Positions 21,155-30,224 of a DNA stretch of 64,000 nucleotides are shown piece after piece. The position numbers were made by a program, and so were the translations under genes. This DNA comes from an uncultured Bacilli bacterium (GTDB lineage: Bacteria > Bacillota_I > Bacilli_A > RFN20 > CAG-826): contig CAKVCX010000002.1 of assembly GCA_934725985.1 (NCBI GenBank), positions 193,578-257,577 of the forward strand. The letters are read 5' to 3'. The first letter of the stretch is position 1; every line of letters starts with the position of its first letter. A model generated the notes under the pieces. That model was given only the letters and a program-made list of their open reading frames with translations. It had not been told where the DNA came from and searched no databases.

Positions 21155-22092
21155 AAAAGACAAATTATCTTTTTAAAATAATAGATGCGACTTTATTTGC
21201 TATATCTAGTTTACCTATTTTTTATATAGCGACTTTCTTCTTGCAAGATATAGGCAGCAAGTTCTCATTTTTTCTTACCTTTTTGCCTTTGTATTTATCT
21301 TTTTTTGGCTTATTTTATCTTTATATTTCTTATCATTTTTGTTTCTTTTTTGTTAGCAAAGAAAAACAAAAGAAATCTTTTTTGGGTCATGGAATCGCTT
21401 TATCAACGCTAGGCTTTTTAATAATCTTAATTGATGTAATTTATTTAGCAAACGGGACTTATTCCTCATTTTTAATTAACAGGGCGAGTAAAATTTATCC
21501 TCTCGATTCTTTCTTGCTAGGCTTTTTGTTTTGCTTGGTTGGAGGACTTTATTCTTATCTTTATTTTAGGAAAAAAGAAATTAATTTAGGAGTAAATGTG
21601 GCAAAAAGGATTTGGTATTTTTCTACCTTGAAGATTATTTTTGCTTTGGTTGCTAGCTTTTTCCTTGGCGATTTGCTTTTCTGCTTTGTTACTTTTGATC
21701 GCAGCTTTTCTAATTTCTTTTTGACTCTTAGTGTCTATTTATTAATGGCTTTCTTGCCTTTCTTAGTAATTTTTTATAGTTCTTATTTAAACGGAAAAAA
21801 AGACGAAGACTTAATAAAATCCAACAAGCAAATATCGCTTATCTTAACCGTTATAGGATTAGCCTTAAGTTCTTATTTTTTGATTGGTTATTCAATTAAG
21901 CCAAGCTTTTTCTCCGAGTCTATGGTCGCTTCCTTTCCTCTTATTTTTATGGCTTCTAAATTCATTGGGCCTATTTTATTGGTAGTAATTTCTATTTTGC
22001 GTCCTGCTCTTTCTTATTTTTATTGCTTAAAAAAAGAAAAAGATATTTTAAAAACAAGCAAAAACTCCCTTAACAACATTAACAATAATTGA
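21151..22092 (+). CDS. Polytopic membrane protein, unknown function
   Basis: ~9 hydrophobic helices. Translationally coupled (ATGA) to the upstream phosphoesterase. Confidence 0.45.
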   Translation: MKKTNYLFKIIDATLFAISSLPIFYIATFFLQDIGSKFSFFLTFLPLYLSFFGLFYLYISYHFCFFFVSKEKQKKSFLGHGIALSTLGFLIILIDVIYLANGTYSSFLINRASKIYPLDSFLLGFLFCLVGGLYSYLYFRKKEINLGVNVAKRIWYFSTLKIIFALVASFFLGDLLFCFVTFDRSFSNFFLTLSVYLLMAFLPFLVIFYSSYLNGKKDEDLIKSNKQISLILTVIGLALSSYFLIGYSIKPSFFSESMVASFPLIFMASKFIGPILLVVISILRPALSYFYCLKKEKDILKTSKNSLNNINNN

Positions 22093-22147
22093 TAAAATAA
22101 AAGCGTCGGAAATCCCGTCGAGGTTCCGCTATTTCAAATATTTTGGA

Positions 22148-22161
22148 GTGGCAATTGCCAC
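22148..22161. promoter_or_regulatory. Perfect 14-bp palindrome GTGGCAATTGCCAC upstream of rimP (operator or weak terminator)
   Basis: Exact inverted repeat followed by T-rich TCTTTCTATTTT, 24 nt upstream of the rimP ATG. Confidence 0.35.
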
Positions 22162-22184
22162 TCTTTCTATTTTAAGGAGGTGCT

Positions 22185-22649
22185 ATGAACGAAATTGAAA
22201 AGAAAATAACTTCTTTATTGGAAAAACCTTTATTGGAAAAAGGGTACTCTATATACGAGATTAATTATTCATTTTCCCCATCTAACTCTTCTTTATCGAT
22301 AGTCTTGGATAGAAAAACACCCATTAGTCTTGATGAAATAGTGGTCATGTCTGATTTAATCTCATCTATTTTGGATGATTTTGATCCAATTGAAGGAGCG
22401 TATACTTTGGACGTTTCCTCTTCCGGGGCCGAAAAAAGAATCAAGGTAAATGAGCTTATAGATTATGTCGGCTGCTATGTCAACATCCATCTAATTAACC
22501 CTTATAAAGGCGAGAATTATTTAGAAGGGGAACTAAAGGCAGTTAATGGACCTAAGGTTGTTCTTCTAACTAATAACAAAGGGAAAAAAATTGAGATCGA
22601 ACTAGATAGGGATAACATTGATAAGGCTCGTCTGGCCATTAAATTTTGA
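22185..22649 (+). CDS. rimP: Ribosome maturation factor RimP
   Basis: ~150 aa, directly upstream of nusA, with a conserved N-terminal pattern. Confidence 0.8.
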   Translation: MNEIEKKITSLLEKPLLEKGYSIYEINYSFSPSNSSLSIVLDRKTPISLDEIVVMSDLISSILDDFDPIEGAYTLDVSSSGAEKRIKVNELIDYVGCYVNIHLINPYKGENYLEGELKAVNGPKVVLLTNNKGKKIEIELDRDNIDKARLAIKF

Positions 22650-22671
22650 TTAAATAATTTAGGATAAAAAA

Positions 22672-24480
22672 ATGAAAAAGAATGCAAATGCAAACAAAGT
22701 GAATTTCGTAGATGCCTTAAGAGGCGTTGCCGATTCAAAGGGCTTAAGCGATGAAGAAGTAATCTATGCCCTAGAAGAAGCCATTACCAGGGCTTATATA
22801 AAGTACTTGGGCGGTTGGGAAGATACCCGTGTTGAATGCCATGTTGATCCAGAGACTGGAAAAGTAGACTTAGCCCAAATTAAAAAAGTCGTTGAGGAAG
22901 TTAAAGACGATTATTTGGAAATCTCTGTTGAAGAGGCTAACGAAGGGCTAAAGAAACAAAAATATAATGTTGGGGACGACTATTATTGCGTTTGCCCAGT
23001 CGATGACATTACCAAAGTTACTACTAACGCCATAAAGAATAACTTCCGTCAAAAACTTGCCGAAGCCGAAAGAAGCGTCCTTTATAACATTTATAAAGAC
23101 CATATTGGCGAGATGTTGGTTGGTACGGTTGAAAAAGCCGACGATAGAAGTGTCACCGTTTCAATTGGCAGAACTTATGTTGAGCTTGGCAAGAAAGAAT
23201 TGATTGGTGATGAATTTTTCCATGTTGGCGATCAAATAAAAGTCTATATCCAAGAAGTCAAATCTGCCGTTCCTGCCGATGGGAAGATTGCTAAAGGACC
23301 TCAAATTGAAGCAACACGTTCTAGCGAAGGTTTCCTAAAAAGGTTATTTGAAGAAGAAATACATGAAATTTATGATGGCACGGTAGTCATCAAATCCATT
23401 GCTAGACAAGCAGGTATTAGGTCAAAAGTTGCCGTTGCTAGCGTTAACGAAGACGTCGATGCAACCGGTGCTTGCATTGGCCAAGGTGGATCTAGGATTC
23501 AAAAAATTGTCCAACAATTAGGAAATGGAAAGATAAAAGAAAAAATTGATGTCGTCAATTATTCACCAAATCCAGGTGTTTTCATTATCGAGGCTTGCCG
23601 TCCTGTTACTGTTATTGGCGTTTTGATCGATGAAGAAAACAAAACTGCCGATGTCATTATAAATGATGGTGATTTGCCACTTGGTTTAGGTAAAAAACAA
23701 GCCAATTTGAAATTAGCTTCCAAACTGACTGGTTACAATATTGAAATGGTGGAAAAATCCAAAGCCGAGAAATTTGGCATTGAATACATTCCTTCTGAAG
23801 AATGGATTAAAAAAGCCGAGGAAGAAAAAAGGCAAAGAGAAAAGGAAGCTTATATTAAAAAGGCCGAGGAAGAAGCTGCTAGAAGAGCAAGGGAAGAAGA
23901 AGAAAAACGCCTTGCCGAAGAAGAGGCAAAACGCCTTGCCGAGGAAGAAGAAGCAAGAAAAGCCCTTGAAGAAAAGCAACTTCAAGAAAAGGCAAGCAAA
24001 GAAGCCAATAAAGAGGAAATTCCAACTCCAAAAGTTGCTCCAAAAGCCAGCGCTACCCCGGATATGTTCCCTGTTGAAGCCATTAATCCAGCCAAGGCTG
24101 CCTTAGCTCAAGTTATGGCTCAAAAGAAAGCGGAAGAAGAAGCTGCTAAAAAAGCTAGTGAGAATAAAGAAAGCGTTACTCCAACTATCGAAGTTAAGAC
24201 TACGACCTCTTTAGACGATCTAGAAAAAGAGCTAGAATCCGCCAAAGAGAAAAAGACAAAATCCGGTAGCAAGATGAAACGCCCACGCAAGATTACAGAA
24301 GATGAGGTCAAGCGTGAGGTTTCTAAGCCTACCATTCCAACAATGCCAGTCTATACTGAAGAAGAGTTGTCTCAAATCGAAGAAGAGGAAAATTCCGATT
24401 ACGACGATTTAGATAGCGATGAAGACATTGACGAAGACTACAGCGAATACGACCAATATTACGACGATGACGGAAAATAA
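22672..24480 (+). CDS. nusA: Transcription termination/antitermination factor NusA with long acidic, repeat-rich C-terminal extension
   Basis: N-terminal, S1 and KH domains (GACIGQGGSRIQ), followed by ~230 aa of E/K/A-rich low complexity. Confidence 0.9.
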   Translation: MKKNANANKVNFVDALRGVADSKGLSDEEVIYALEEAITRAYIKYLGGWEDTRVECHVDPETGKVDLAQIKKVVEEVKDDYLEISVEEANEGLKKQKYNVGDDYYCVCPVDDITKVTTNAIKNNFRQKLAEAERSVLYNIYKDHIGEMLVGTVEKADDRSVTVSIGRTYVELGKKELIGDEFFHVGDQIKVYIQEVKSAVPADGKIAKGPQIEATRSSEGFLKRLFEEEIHEIYDGTVVIKSIARQAGIRSKVAVASVNEDVDATGACIGQGGSRIQKIVQQLGNGKIKEKIDVVNYSPNPGVFIIEACRPVTVIGVLIDEENKTADVIINDGDLPLGLGKKQANLKLASKLTGYNIEMVEKSKAEKFGIEYIPSEEWIKKAEEEKRQREKEAYIKKAEEEAARRAREEEEKRLAEEEAKRLAEEEEARKALEEKQLQEKASKEANKEEIPTPKVAPKASATPDMFPVEAINPAKAALAQVMAQKKAEEEAAKKASENKESVTPTIEVKTTTSLDDLEKELESAKEKKTKSGSKMKRPRKITEDEVKREVSKPTIPTMPVYTEEELSQIEEEENSDYDDLDSDEDIDEDYSEYDQYYDDDGK

Positions 24481-24709
24481 AATCATTTCTTATCGTTTTA
24501 ATATGATTACTAGGCAAGTAGAAGAAAAACGAAATCTACTTCGCCTAGTAAAAATAAATGGAATTCTTCATGTAGACCTCCATCAAAAAATGATGGGTAG
24601 AGGGCTTTATCTAAGCAAAGAAAAAGAACAAATAAAAATATTCTTTAAAAAGGCTAAAGGTAAATATGGAGAACTAGGAGAAGATTTAATTTCTTATTTA
24701 GAAAAATAA
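24467..24709 (+). CDS. ylxR: YlxR/RnpM-family RNA-binding protein (DUF448)
   Basis: YRFNMITRQ...NLLRLVK...GRGLYLS aligns to YlxR (LRKCVVTGE...GRGAYL). Start chosen at the ATG overlapping the nusA stop. The ORF-track start 24419 lies inside nusA. Confidence 0.7.
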   Translation: MTENKIISYRFNMITRQVEEKRNLLRLVKINGILHVDLHQKMMGRGLYLSKEKEQIKIFFKKAKGKYGELGEDLISYLEK

Positions 24710-24710
24710 A

Positions 24711-25010
24711 ATGGATGAAGTACTAGGATTATTGGGTTTACTTAACAAAGGTGGCAAATTGGTTTTTGGTCAATCCATTTTCTTTTCTAGAAAGATTAAA
24801 TTGCTTTTGCTAGCCAAGGACGCTTCGAAAAATAGCAAAGAAAAAGCCATTAATTTTGCTAAAAGCAATTCAATTGATCTAATTGAACTTTCCAGTAAGG
24901 AAATATTAGGCCAAGCTATTGGCTATGAAGAGATTTCCTTAGTTGGGATAATCGATAGCAAAGCCGCGAAAGCAATGAAAAACAAGGTAGAATCAAAAGG
25001 AGTGAAATAA
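24711..25010 (+). CDS. ylxQ: L7Ae-family RNA-binding protein (YlxQ-like)
   Basis: 99 aa between ylxR and infB with the L7Ae-like pattern KGGKLVFG...LLLAKDAS. Confidence 0.7.
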   Translation: MDEVLGLLGLLNKGGKLVFGQSIFFSRKIKLLLLAKDASKNSKEKAINFAKSNSIDLIELSSKEILGQAIGYEEISLVGIIDSKAAKAMKNKVESKGVK

Positions 25011-26884
25011 TGAAAAACAAAGACAATTACCAAAGCAAGAAAAACAATCGGCCTAATAATAACCGTATGAGCAATTTTGCTCCTTCAAATAAATCCAAAT
25101 CCAAGCAAGAATATGCCAAAGTCAATGGAGGCGTTTTTGTTTACTCCAAGCCTTTGACCTTAGGCGAACTATCAAAAGCCATAAATGTTCCTGCAACTGA
25201 TATTATTAAATATTTGTTCATGCAAGGAAAAGCCATTACCATCAATTCAATGCTTGATGATGATACGATAGGAACCATTTGCCTTCAATTTGGCTACGAC
25301 TTTAAGAAAGAGAAAGTAGTTGATGAGACTCATTTTGAAGATTTAGAAATAAAAGATGATCCGTCCCAATTAAAAGAAAGACCGGCAGTAGTTACCATTA
25401 TGGGGCATGTCGATCATGGCAAGACTACTTTAATCGATGCGATTAGATCTAGCCACATTGTCGATACCGAAGCAGGTGGTATCTCTCAAGAAATAGGTGC
25501 TTATCAAAAAGAAATCCATGGGAAAAAGATTACTTTTATCGATACTCCAGGGCATGCTGCTTTTACTGCCATGAGAGCTAGGGGAGCCTCCGTTACCGAT
25601 ATCGTAGTTCTTGTTGTTGCTGCCGATGATGGAGTCATGCCTCAAACAATAGAGGCTATTGACCATGCTAAAGCTGCCAATGTTCCTCTAATTGTTGCTA
25701 TTAATAAAATGGATAAAGCAGGCGCCAACCCTAGAAGAGTAAAAGAAGAATTAATGGCCCACGATGTAATTGCAGAAGATTATGGGGGCGATGTATTGAC
25801 TTGTGAGATTTCTGCTAAAAAAGGTGAAGGAATCGACAATTTGCTCGATATGATTCTTTTAAAAGCGGAAATGCTTGAATTAAAAGCCAATCCTTCTAGA
25901 TATGCAATCGGGACGGTTTTAGAAGCCGAATTAGATAAAGGAGAAGGCCCGAAAGCGACTTTGCTAGTACAAAATGGCACTTTAAATGTCGGCGATTATG
26001 TCGTTGTTGGTGAAACTTATGGAAAAATAAGAAGAATGACCAACGAATTTAGGCAAATTGTAAAAGTTGCGCTTCCTTCAACCCCAGTTTCGGTCATTGG
26101 GTTAAACAATGTCCCTTCGGCTGGCGATAGATTCATGGCCTTCCCCGAAGAAAAGCAAGCCAAAGACATTGCTTTTAAAAGAGCCCAAGCTAAACTTGAT
26201 GCCTCTAGGGGAACTAACGCCGCCATGTCTTTGTCCGATTTAAATAATTTGGTCAATGCTGGAAAAGTTAAAGATTTCAACGTAATTGTAAAAGCGGATT
26301 CAGATGGTACGGCCCAAGCTTTAAAAGCCAATTTGGAAAAAATGTCGAATGAATCCGTCAAAATCCATGTCTTGTTAGCTGCGGCTGGAGCAATCTCTGA
26401 TTCTGATGTTTTACTAGCTAACGCTTCTCATGCCGTCATTTTTGGCTTTAATGTTAGACCTGATGCTAGGGTTAGGACGATGGCTAGCGAAAATCATGTC
26501 GAAATACATTTACATAAGATAATTTATGAATTGCTTGATGAAATGGAAGCAGCCTTAAAAGGCATGGTCAAGACTGAACAAGTTGAAAATGTAACAGGAC
26601 AAGCCGAGATTAGACACATTTATAAAATTTCTAAAATAGGTACTATTGGGGGTTCTTATGTTACTTCCGGTTTCTTAAAAAGTGGCGAAAGAATCCGCTT
26701 GTTACGTAATGGGATTGTCATTTATGAAGGCAAACTTGGCTCTTTGAAGAGATTTAAAGACGATGCTAAGGAAGTAAAAGAAGGCTATGAATGTGGCTTG
26801 ACTATAGATGGCTATAACGACATTAAGGAAGGGGATATTGTCGAAGGATACGAACTAGTCGACAAAGGTGAAAAAGATGGCTAA
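25010..26884 (+). CDS. infB: Translation initiation factor IF-2
   Basis: GTPase motifs [18 protein letters not shown] and the conserved IF-2 C-terminal domains. Confidence 0.95.
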   Translation: MKNKDNYQSKKNNRPNNNRMSNFAPSNKSKSKQEYAKVNGGVFVYSKPLTLGELSKAINVPATDIIKYLFMQGKAITINSMLDDDTIGTICLQFGYDFKKEKVVDETHFEDLEIKDDPSQLKERPAVVTIMGHVDHGKTTLIDAIRSSHIVDTEAGGISQEIGAYQKEIHGKKITFIDTPGHAAFTAMRARGASVTDIVVLVVAADDGVMPQTIEAIDHAKAANVPLIVAINKMDKAGANPRRVKEELMAHDVIAEDYGGDVLTCEISAKKGEGIDNLLDMILLKAEMLELKANPSRYAIGTVLEAELDKGEGPKATLLVQNGTLNVGDYVVVGETYGKIRRMTNEFRQIVKVALPSTPVSVIGLNNVPSAGDRFMAFPEEKQAKDIAFKRAQAKLDASRGTNAAMSLSDLNNLVNAGKVKDFNVIVKADSDGTAQALKANLEKMSNESVKIHVLLAAAGAISDSDVLLANASHAVIFGFNVRPDARVRTMASENHVEIHLHKIIYELLDEMEAALKGMVKTEQVENVTGQAEIRHIYKISKIGTIGGSYVTSGFLKSGERIRLLRNGIVIYEGKLGSLKRFKDDAKEVKEGYECGLTIDGYNDIKEGDIVEGYELVDKGEKDG

Positions 26885-27236
26885 TAGACAAGGCAGAATA
26901 AAAGCCGTTATTGGCAAAGACATAGCAGAAATTGTTTCTAGGGAAATTAAAAATCCCCATATTGGAATGGTTTCGGTTAATGAAGTGGTAGTCAATGACG
27001 ATTATAGCGAGGCGAAAGTTTATGTTACTTTTTTTGGAGATCACCCCAAAACAAAACTTGCCGAACTTAAAAAAAGCGAGGGCTTTGTTAGGTCTTCGCT
27101 AGCTAAAAAAATGGATTTATATTCCGTCCCTAAAATCAAATTCGTTTTGGATGAATCTTTCGAAAAGGCTTTATCTTTAGACAAGGCCTTAGAAAGGGAA
27201 GAGGAACAATTAAAAAATCTTAAAAAGGATGTGTAG
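26868..27236 (+). CDS. rbfA: Ribosome-binding factor A
   Basis: ~120 aa KH-like protein with the RbfA pattern (RIKAVIGKDIAEIV...P). It overlaps the infB stop. Confidence 0.85.
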   Translation: MKKMANRQGRIKAVIGKDIAEIVSREIKNPHIGMVSVNEVVVNDDYSEAKVYVTFFGDHPKTKLAELKKSEGFVRSSLAKKMDLYSVPKIKFVLDESFEKALSLDKALEREEEQLKNLKKDV

Positions 27237-28380
27237 AGTTTGTTTTTAATGTCAAACCGCTATATCCATTTATATTAGCCTTGGTTTCAAATCCTAATTC
27301 CAAGGCTATTTTTTTATTCTTTCTTTCTTTGTAGATAAAGCTGCAAGGTAATATTTTTTTAGAATTATTTTCGATAAATAAAATTAAATATTCTTTCTTT
27401 TCTTCTTCGCTTATTTCCTTTAAGGATTGAAAAGAAGATATTTCTATCGTGTGTTTAGAAATATATCTATAAGTTAAATTGCCAACGCTTTCATGATTCT
27501 TTTTTAGCAATAAAGTTTCTCCGTTAGTTATGTTTTCTTTTATTTGTCCTTTGCTTTTCTTTACTAGATTTAAAAAAGAATAAAAATCAGCTCGGTTACT
27601 CATCTTTCTAAAGGAAAGCTCGTGGTTTCTATTTGAAGTAGTTTCCAAACAATCAAAATATAGTTTAAATGAATCATAATTTGATAACATTTCCGCAAAG
27701 TTATATTTGGCATTTTCTCTTTGGCTATATAGGTTTTTTAAATAATTTTTGATGAATTCTCTTTCCGTAAAGCCATCACTTGGACAGATTCTTTTCATTA
27801 CAGGCAAATTTTCTTCCTTTGCCATGCCTATTAAATCCATTTCGCTACATTCAATTAAAGGGCGAATAAAAGTTATATCGGCCTTGGATAAATACATTTT
27901 TGGCTCAAAAGTAGCTACTCTGCCCCCATGGATCATGTTCATGAATAAAGTCTCTATTGCATCGTCTTTATGATGAGCGAAAGCCACTTTGTTGGCTTTT
28001 ATTTTATTTGCATATAAATTTATCGCGGCTTTTCTCATTCTTCCACAGATTGAACAAGGCAAATGCGATCCTTCTTTTTGATGTTCTATTAAGATTGGGT
28101 AGACTTCCTTACAATCAACAATAGTTAATTCTAACCCTAAACTAGAGGCGTATTCTTTTAGTTTTGTTCCATCAAAACCAATAAATCCCAAATCTAAGCA
28201 AACTGGATAAATCTTAAATTTCTTATTGGAAAATTTTCCATATATCGACATAGCCTTTAGCAAGCATAAGGAATCCTTTCCTCCTGATATGCCTAGGACA
28301 ATTTTGTCATTATCATCTATTAAGGCATATTTTTCATCGGCTTTTCTTAGGCACGCCAAAACTTTTCTTATATATTTCAT
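27220..28380 (-). CDS. TtcA-family PP-loop ATPase (tRNA thiolation-like) with ~130 aa uncharacterised C-terminal extension
   Basis: SGGKDSLCLL PP-loop and CSICGRMRK (cf. E. coli TtcA CSLCSRLRRG). Its 3' end overlaps the rbfA 3' end convergently. Confidence 0.55.
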   Translation of the reverse strand: MKYIRKVLACLRKADEKYALIDDNDKIVLGISGGKDSLCLLKAMSIYGKFSNKKFKIYPVCLDLGFIGFDGTKLKEYASSLGLELTIVDCKEVYPILIEHQKEGSHLPCSICGRMRKAAINLYANKIKANKVAFAHHKDDAIETLFMNMIHGGRVATFEPKMYLSKADITFIRPLIECSEMDLIGMAKEENLPVMKRICPSDGFTEREFIKNYLKNLYSQRENAKYNFAEMLSNYDSFKLYFDCLETTSNRNHELSFRKMSNRADFYSFLNLVKKSKGQIKENITNGETLLLKKNHESVGNLTYRYISKHTIEISSFQSLKEISEEEKKEYLILFIENNSKKILPCSFIYKERKNKKIALELGFETKANINGYSGLTLKTNSTHPF

Positions 28381-28457
28381 GCGGATAGTTTATATTCTCT
28401 TCTTGCAATAGTCCATTTTGTTTTTTATAGAAGTAAGGTAGTCTTTTTCTTATAATT

Positions 28458-29309
28458 ATGTTTATGAAAGAGGGATTACTTTTAATTGATAAAGATAGCG
28501 GAGAAACCACTAGATATATCGATAATTACATTTCTAAAAAATTTGGGATAAAAAAAGTAGGGCATCTAGGTACTTTAGATCCTTTTGCCACTGGGTTAGT
28601 CATTGTTGGAGTTGGCAAAGGAACCAAGGCTTTGACTTTCTTAGAAGAGAGCAATAAAAGCTATATAGCTAGGCTTACTTTGGGAAAGTCTACATCTACT
28701 TTTGATAAAGATGGCGAAATAATAGAACAAAAAAGAGTCCCTTATTACCATATAGATAAAGTTAAAAATGCAGTTGAATCGTTAACTGATATAACTAGTC
28801 AAACTCCTCCTATGTTTTCTGCCATAAAAATAAATGGGACTCCTTTATATAAATTAGCTAGGGAAGGAATGGAGATAGAAAGAAAAGAAAGAAAAGTAAG
28901 TATTTTCGAATCCATGTTATTGGCTTATTGCCCACCCCATATTGATTTTTTAGTCAATGTAAGTAAGGGGACTTATATAAGAAGTTTAGGCGTTGAACTA
29001 GCCAAAAGGCTAAACAATATCGGATACTTAGAAGAATTAAGGAGAATATCCATTTCTTCTTTTTCTTTGCTTAACGCCAAAAAGAAAGAAGAAATAATTG
29101 AAAATGACTTCATTTCCGTTAAGGAAGCCTTGTCTAGTTATCCTAGCTTAGAAATAGAAGGAAAGATTGTAAAAGATGTAAAAAATGGGAAAAGAATAAA
29201 GATAGATAAAGAAGAACCTAGCTTGCTTTTATATAATAAGGATGAAGCCTTGGCCATTTATAAAAAAGATGAAGATGGTTTATATTCTTGCTTAAGAGGC
29301 TTATTTTAA
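28458..29309 (+). CDS. truB: tRNA pseudouridine(55) synthase
   Basis: GLLLIDKDSGETT...GHLGTLDPFATGLVIVGVGKGTK TruB catalytic block. Confidence 0.85.
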   Translation: MFMKEGLLLIDKDSGETTRYIDNYISKKFGIKKVGHLGTLDPFATGLVIVGVGKGTKALTFLEESNKSYIARLTLGKSTSTFDKDGEIIEQKRVPYYHIDKVKNAVESLTDITSQTPPMFSAIKINGTPLYKLAREGMEIERKERKVSIFESMLLAYCPPHIDFLVNVSKGTYIRSLGVELAKRLNNIGYLEELRRISISSFSLLNAKKKEEIIENDFISVKEALSSYPSLEIEGKIVKDVKNGKRIKIDKEEPSLLLYNKDEALAIYKKDEDGLYSCLRGLF

Positions 29310-30217
29310 TGGAAACAATTAAATTTAGTTTGGATAATCTACCTACAAAAAAGGATAATTTAACTTTGGCCTTAGGTACTTTTGATGGCTTTCATAAAGC
29401 TCATTATAAATTGGCCCTTAATGCTAGGCTTGAAGCTACTTCTTATTCTGGAATTTTATTTTTTTCTTCTTCTCCGGAAAACTATCTAGTTAGAAACAAA
29501 AGCAAGCTTATATTGACTTCTTTGGATGATAAAATCCGTTATGTTAGCAAAATTGGTTTGGATTATGCCTATGTTGTTGACGTGAACAAGTCTTTCTTTT
29601 CTTTGACTCCAATTGAATTTATTAAAAAAATCTTGTTGCCTTTAGGCGTTAGTTCCGTTGTTGTAGGGGAAGACTTTCGCTTTGGGAAAGGTGGGGAAGG
29701 GGATGTAGCCTTATTAAGGCAATTCTTTAAAGTTTATTGTTTGAAAATAGAAAAGCTAGATGGAGTAAAGATTTCTTCTTCTAATATAAAAGAATTTATT
29801 GAAAAAGGAGAAATAAAAAAGGCTTGGAAGTTTTTAGGTCACCCTTATGAAGTTTGTGGCTATGTGAAAAAAGGATTTCAAAATGGCCATAAAATAGGCT
29901 TTCCTACTTTAAATATTTCCTTAAAAGACAATTATGTTTTACCGCTTAATGGAGTTTATTATGGCCTTTGTTATTGTCTAGGATTGCCATATAAGGCTTT
30001 GATAAATGTAGGTAATAATCCGACAATAGGAAAGTTAAAAGAACCTCTTATCGAAGTGCATTTATTGAATTTTAATAAAGATTTATACAATGATTTTGTC
30101 TATGTTTCTTTTCTTGAATTCAAACGTAAGGAAATAAAATTCAATTCCTTGCAAGAATTAAAAAACCAAATCGAAGACGATAAAAAATGGGCCTTAAGTA
30201 TAGACCCATTTAAATAA
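29288..30217 (+). CDS. ribF: Bifunctional riboflavin kinase / FMN adenylyltransferase
   Basis: LGTFDGFHKAH nucleotidyltransferase motif, with a riboflavin kinase domain (GFPTLN). Confidence 0.85.
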   Translation: MLKRLILMETIKFSLDNLPTKKDNLTLALGTFDGFHKAHYKLALNARLEATSYSGILFFSSSPENYLVRNKSKLILTSLDDKIRYVSKIGLDYAYVVDVNKSFFSLTPIEFIKKILLPLGVSSVVVGEDFRFGKGGEGDVALLRQFFKVYCLKIEKLDGVKISSSNIKEFIEKGEIKKAWKFLGHPYEVCGYVKKGFQNGHKIGFPTLNISLKDNYVLPLNGVYYGLCYCLGLPYKALINVGNNPTIGKLKEPLIEVHLLNFNKDLYNDFVYVSFLEFKRKEIKFNSLQELKNQIEDDKKWALSIDPFK

Positions 30218-30224
30218 TTATTTA

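Noticed and set aside
17844-22092. tRNA-Thr as an integration hotspot for a mobile element
   Set aside because: No integrase, recombinase, direct repeat of the tRNA 3' end or phage-like genes follow. The downstream genes are lipid-metabolism and housekeeping-like.
23713-24106. Two ORFs (minus 23713-23985, plus 23741-24106) embedded within nusA, encoding K/F-rich products
   Set aside because: They lie entirely inside the low-complexity GAA/GAG-rich repeat region of nusA. The alternative-frame ORFs there are compositional artefacts.
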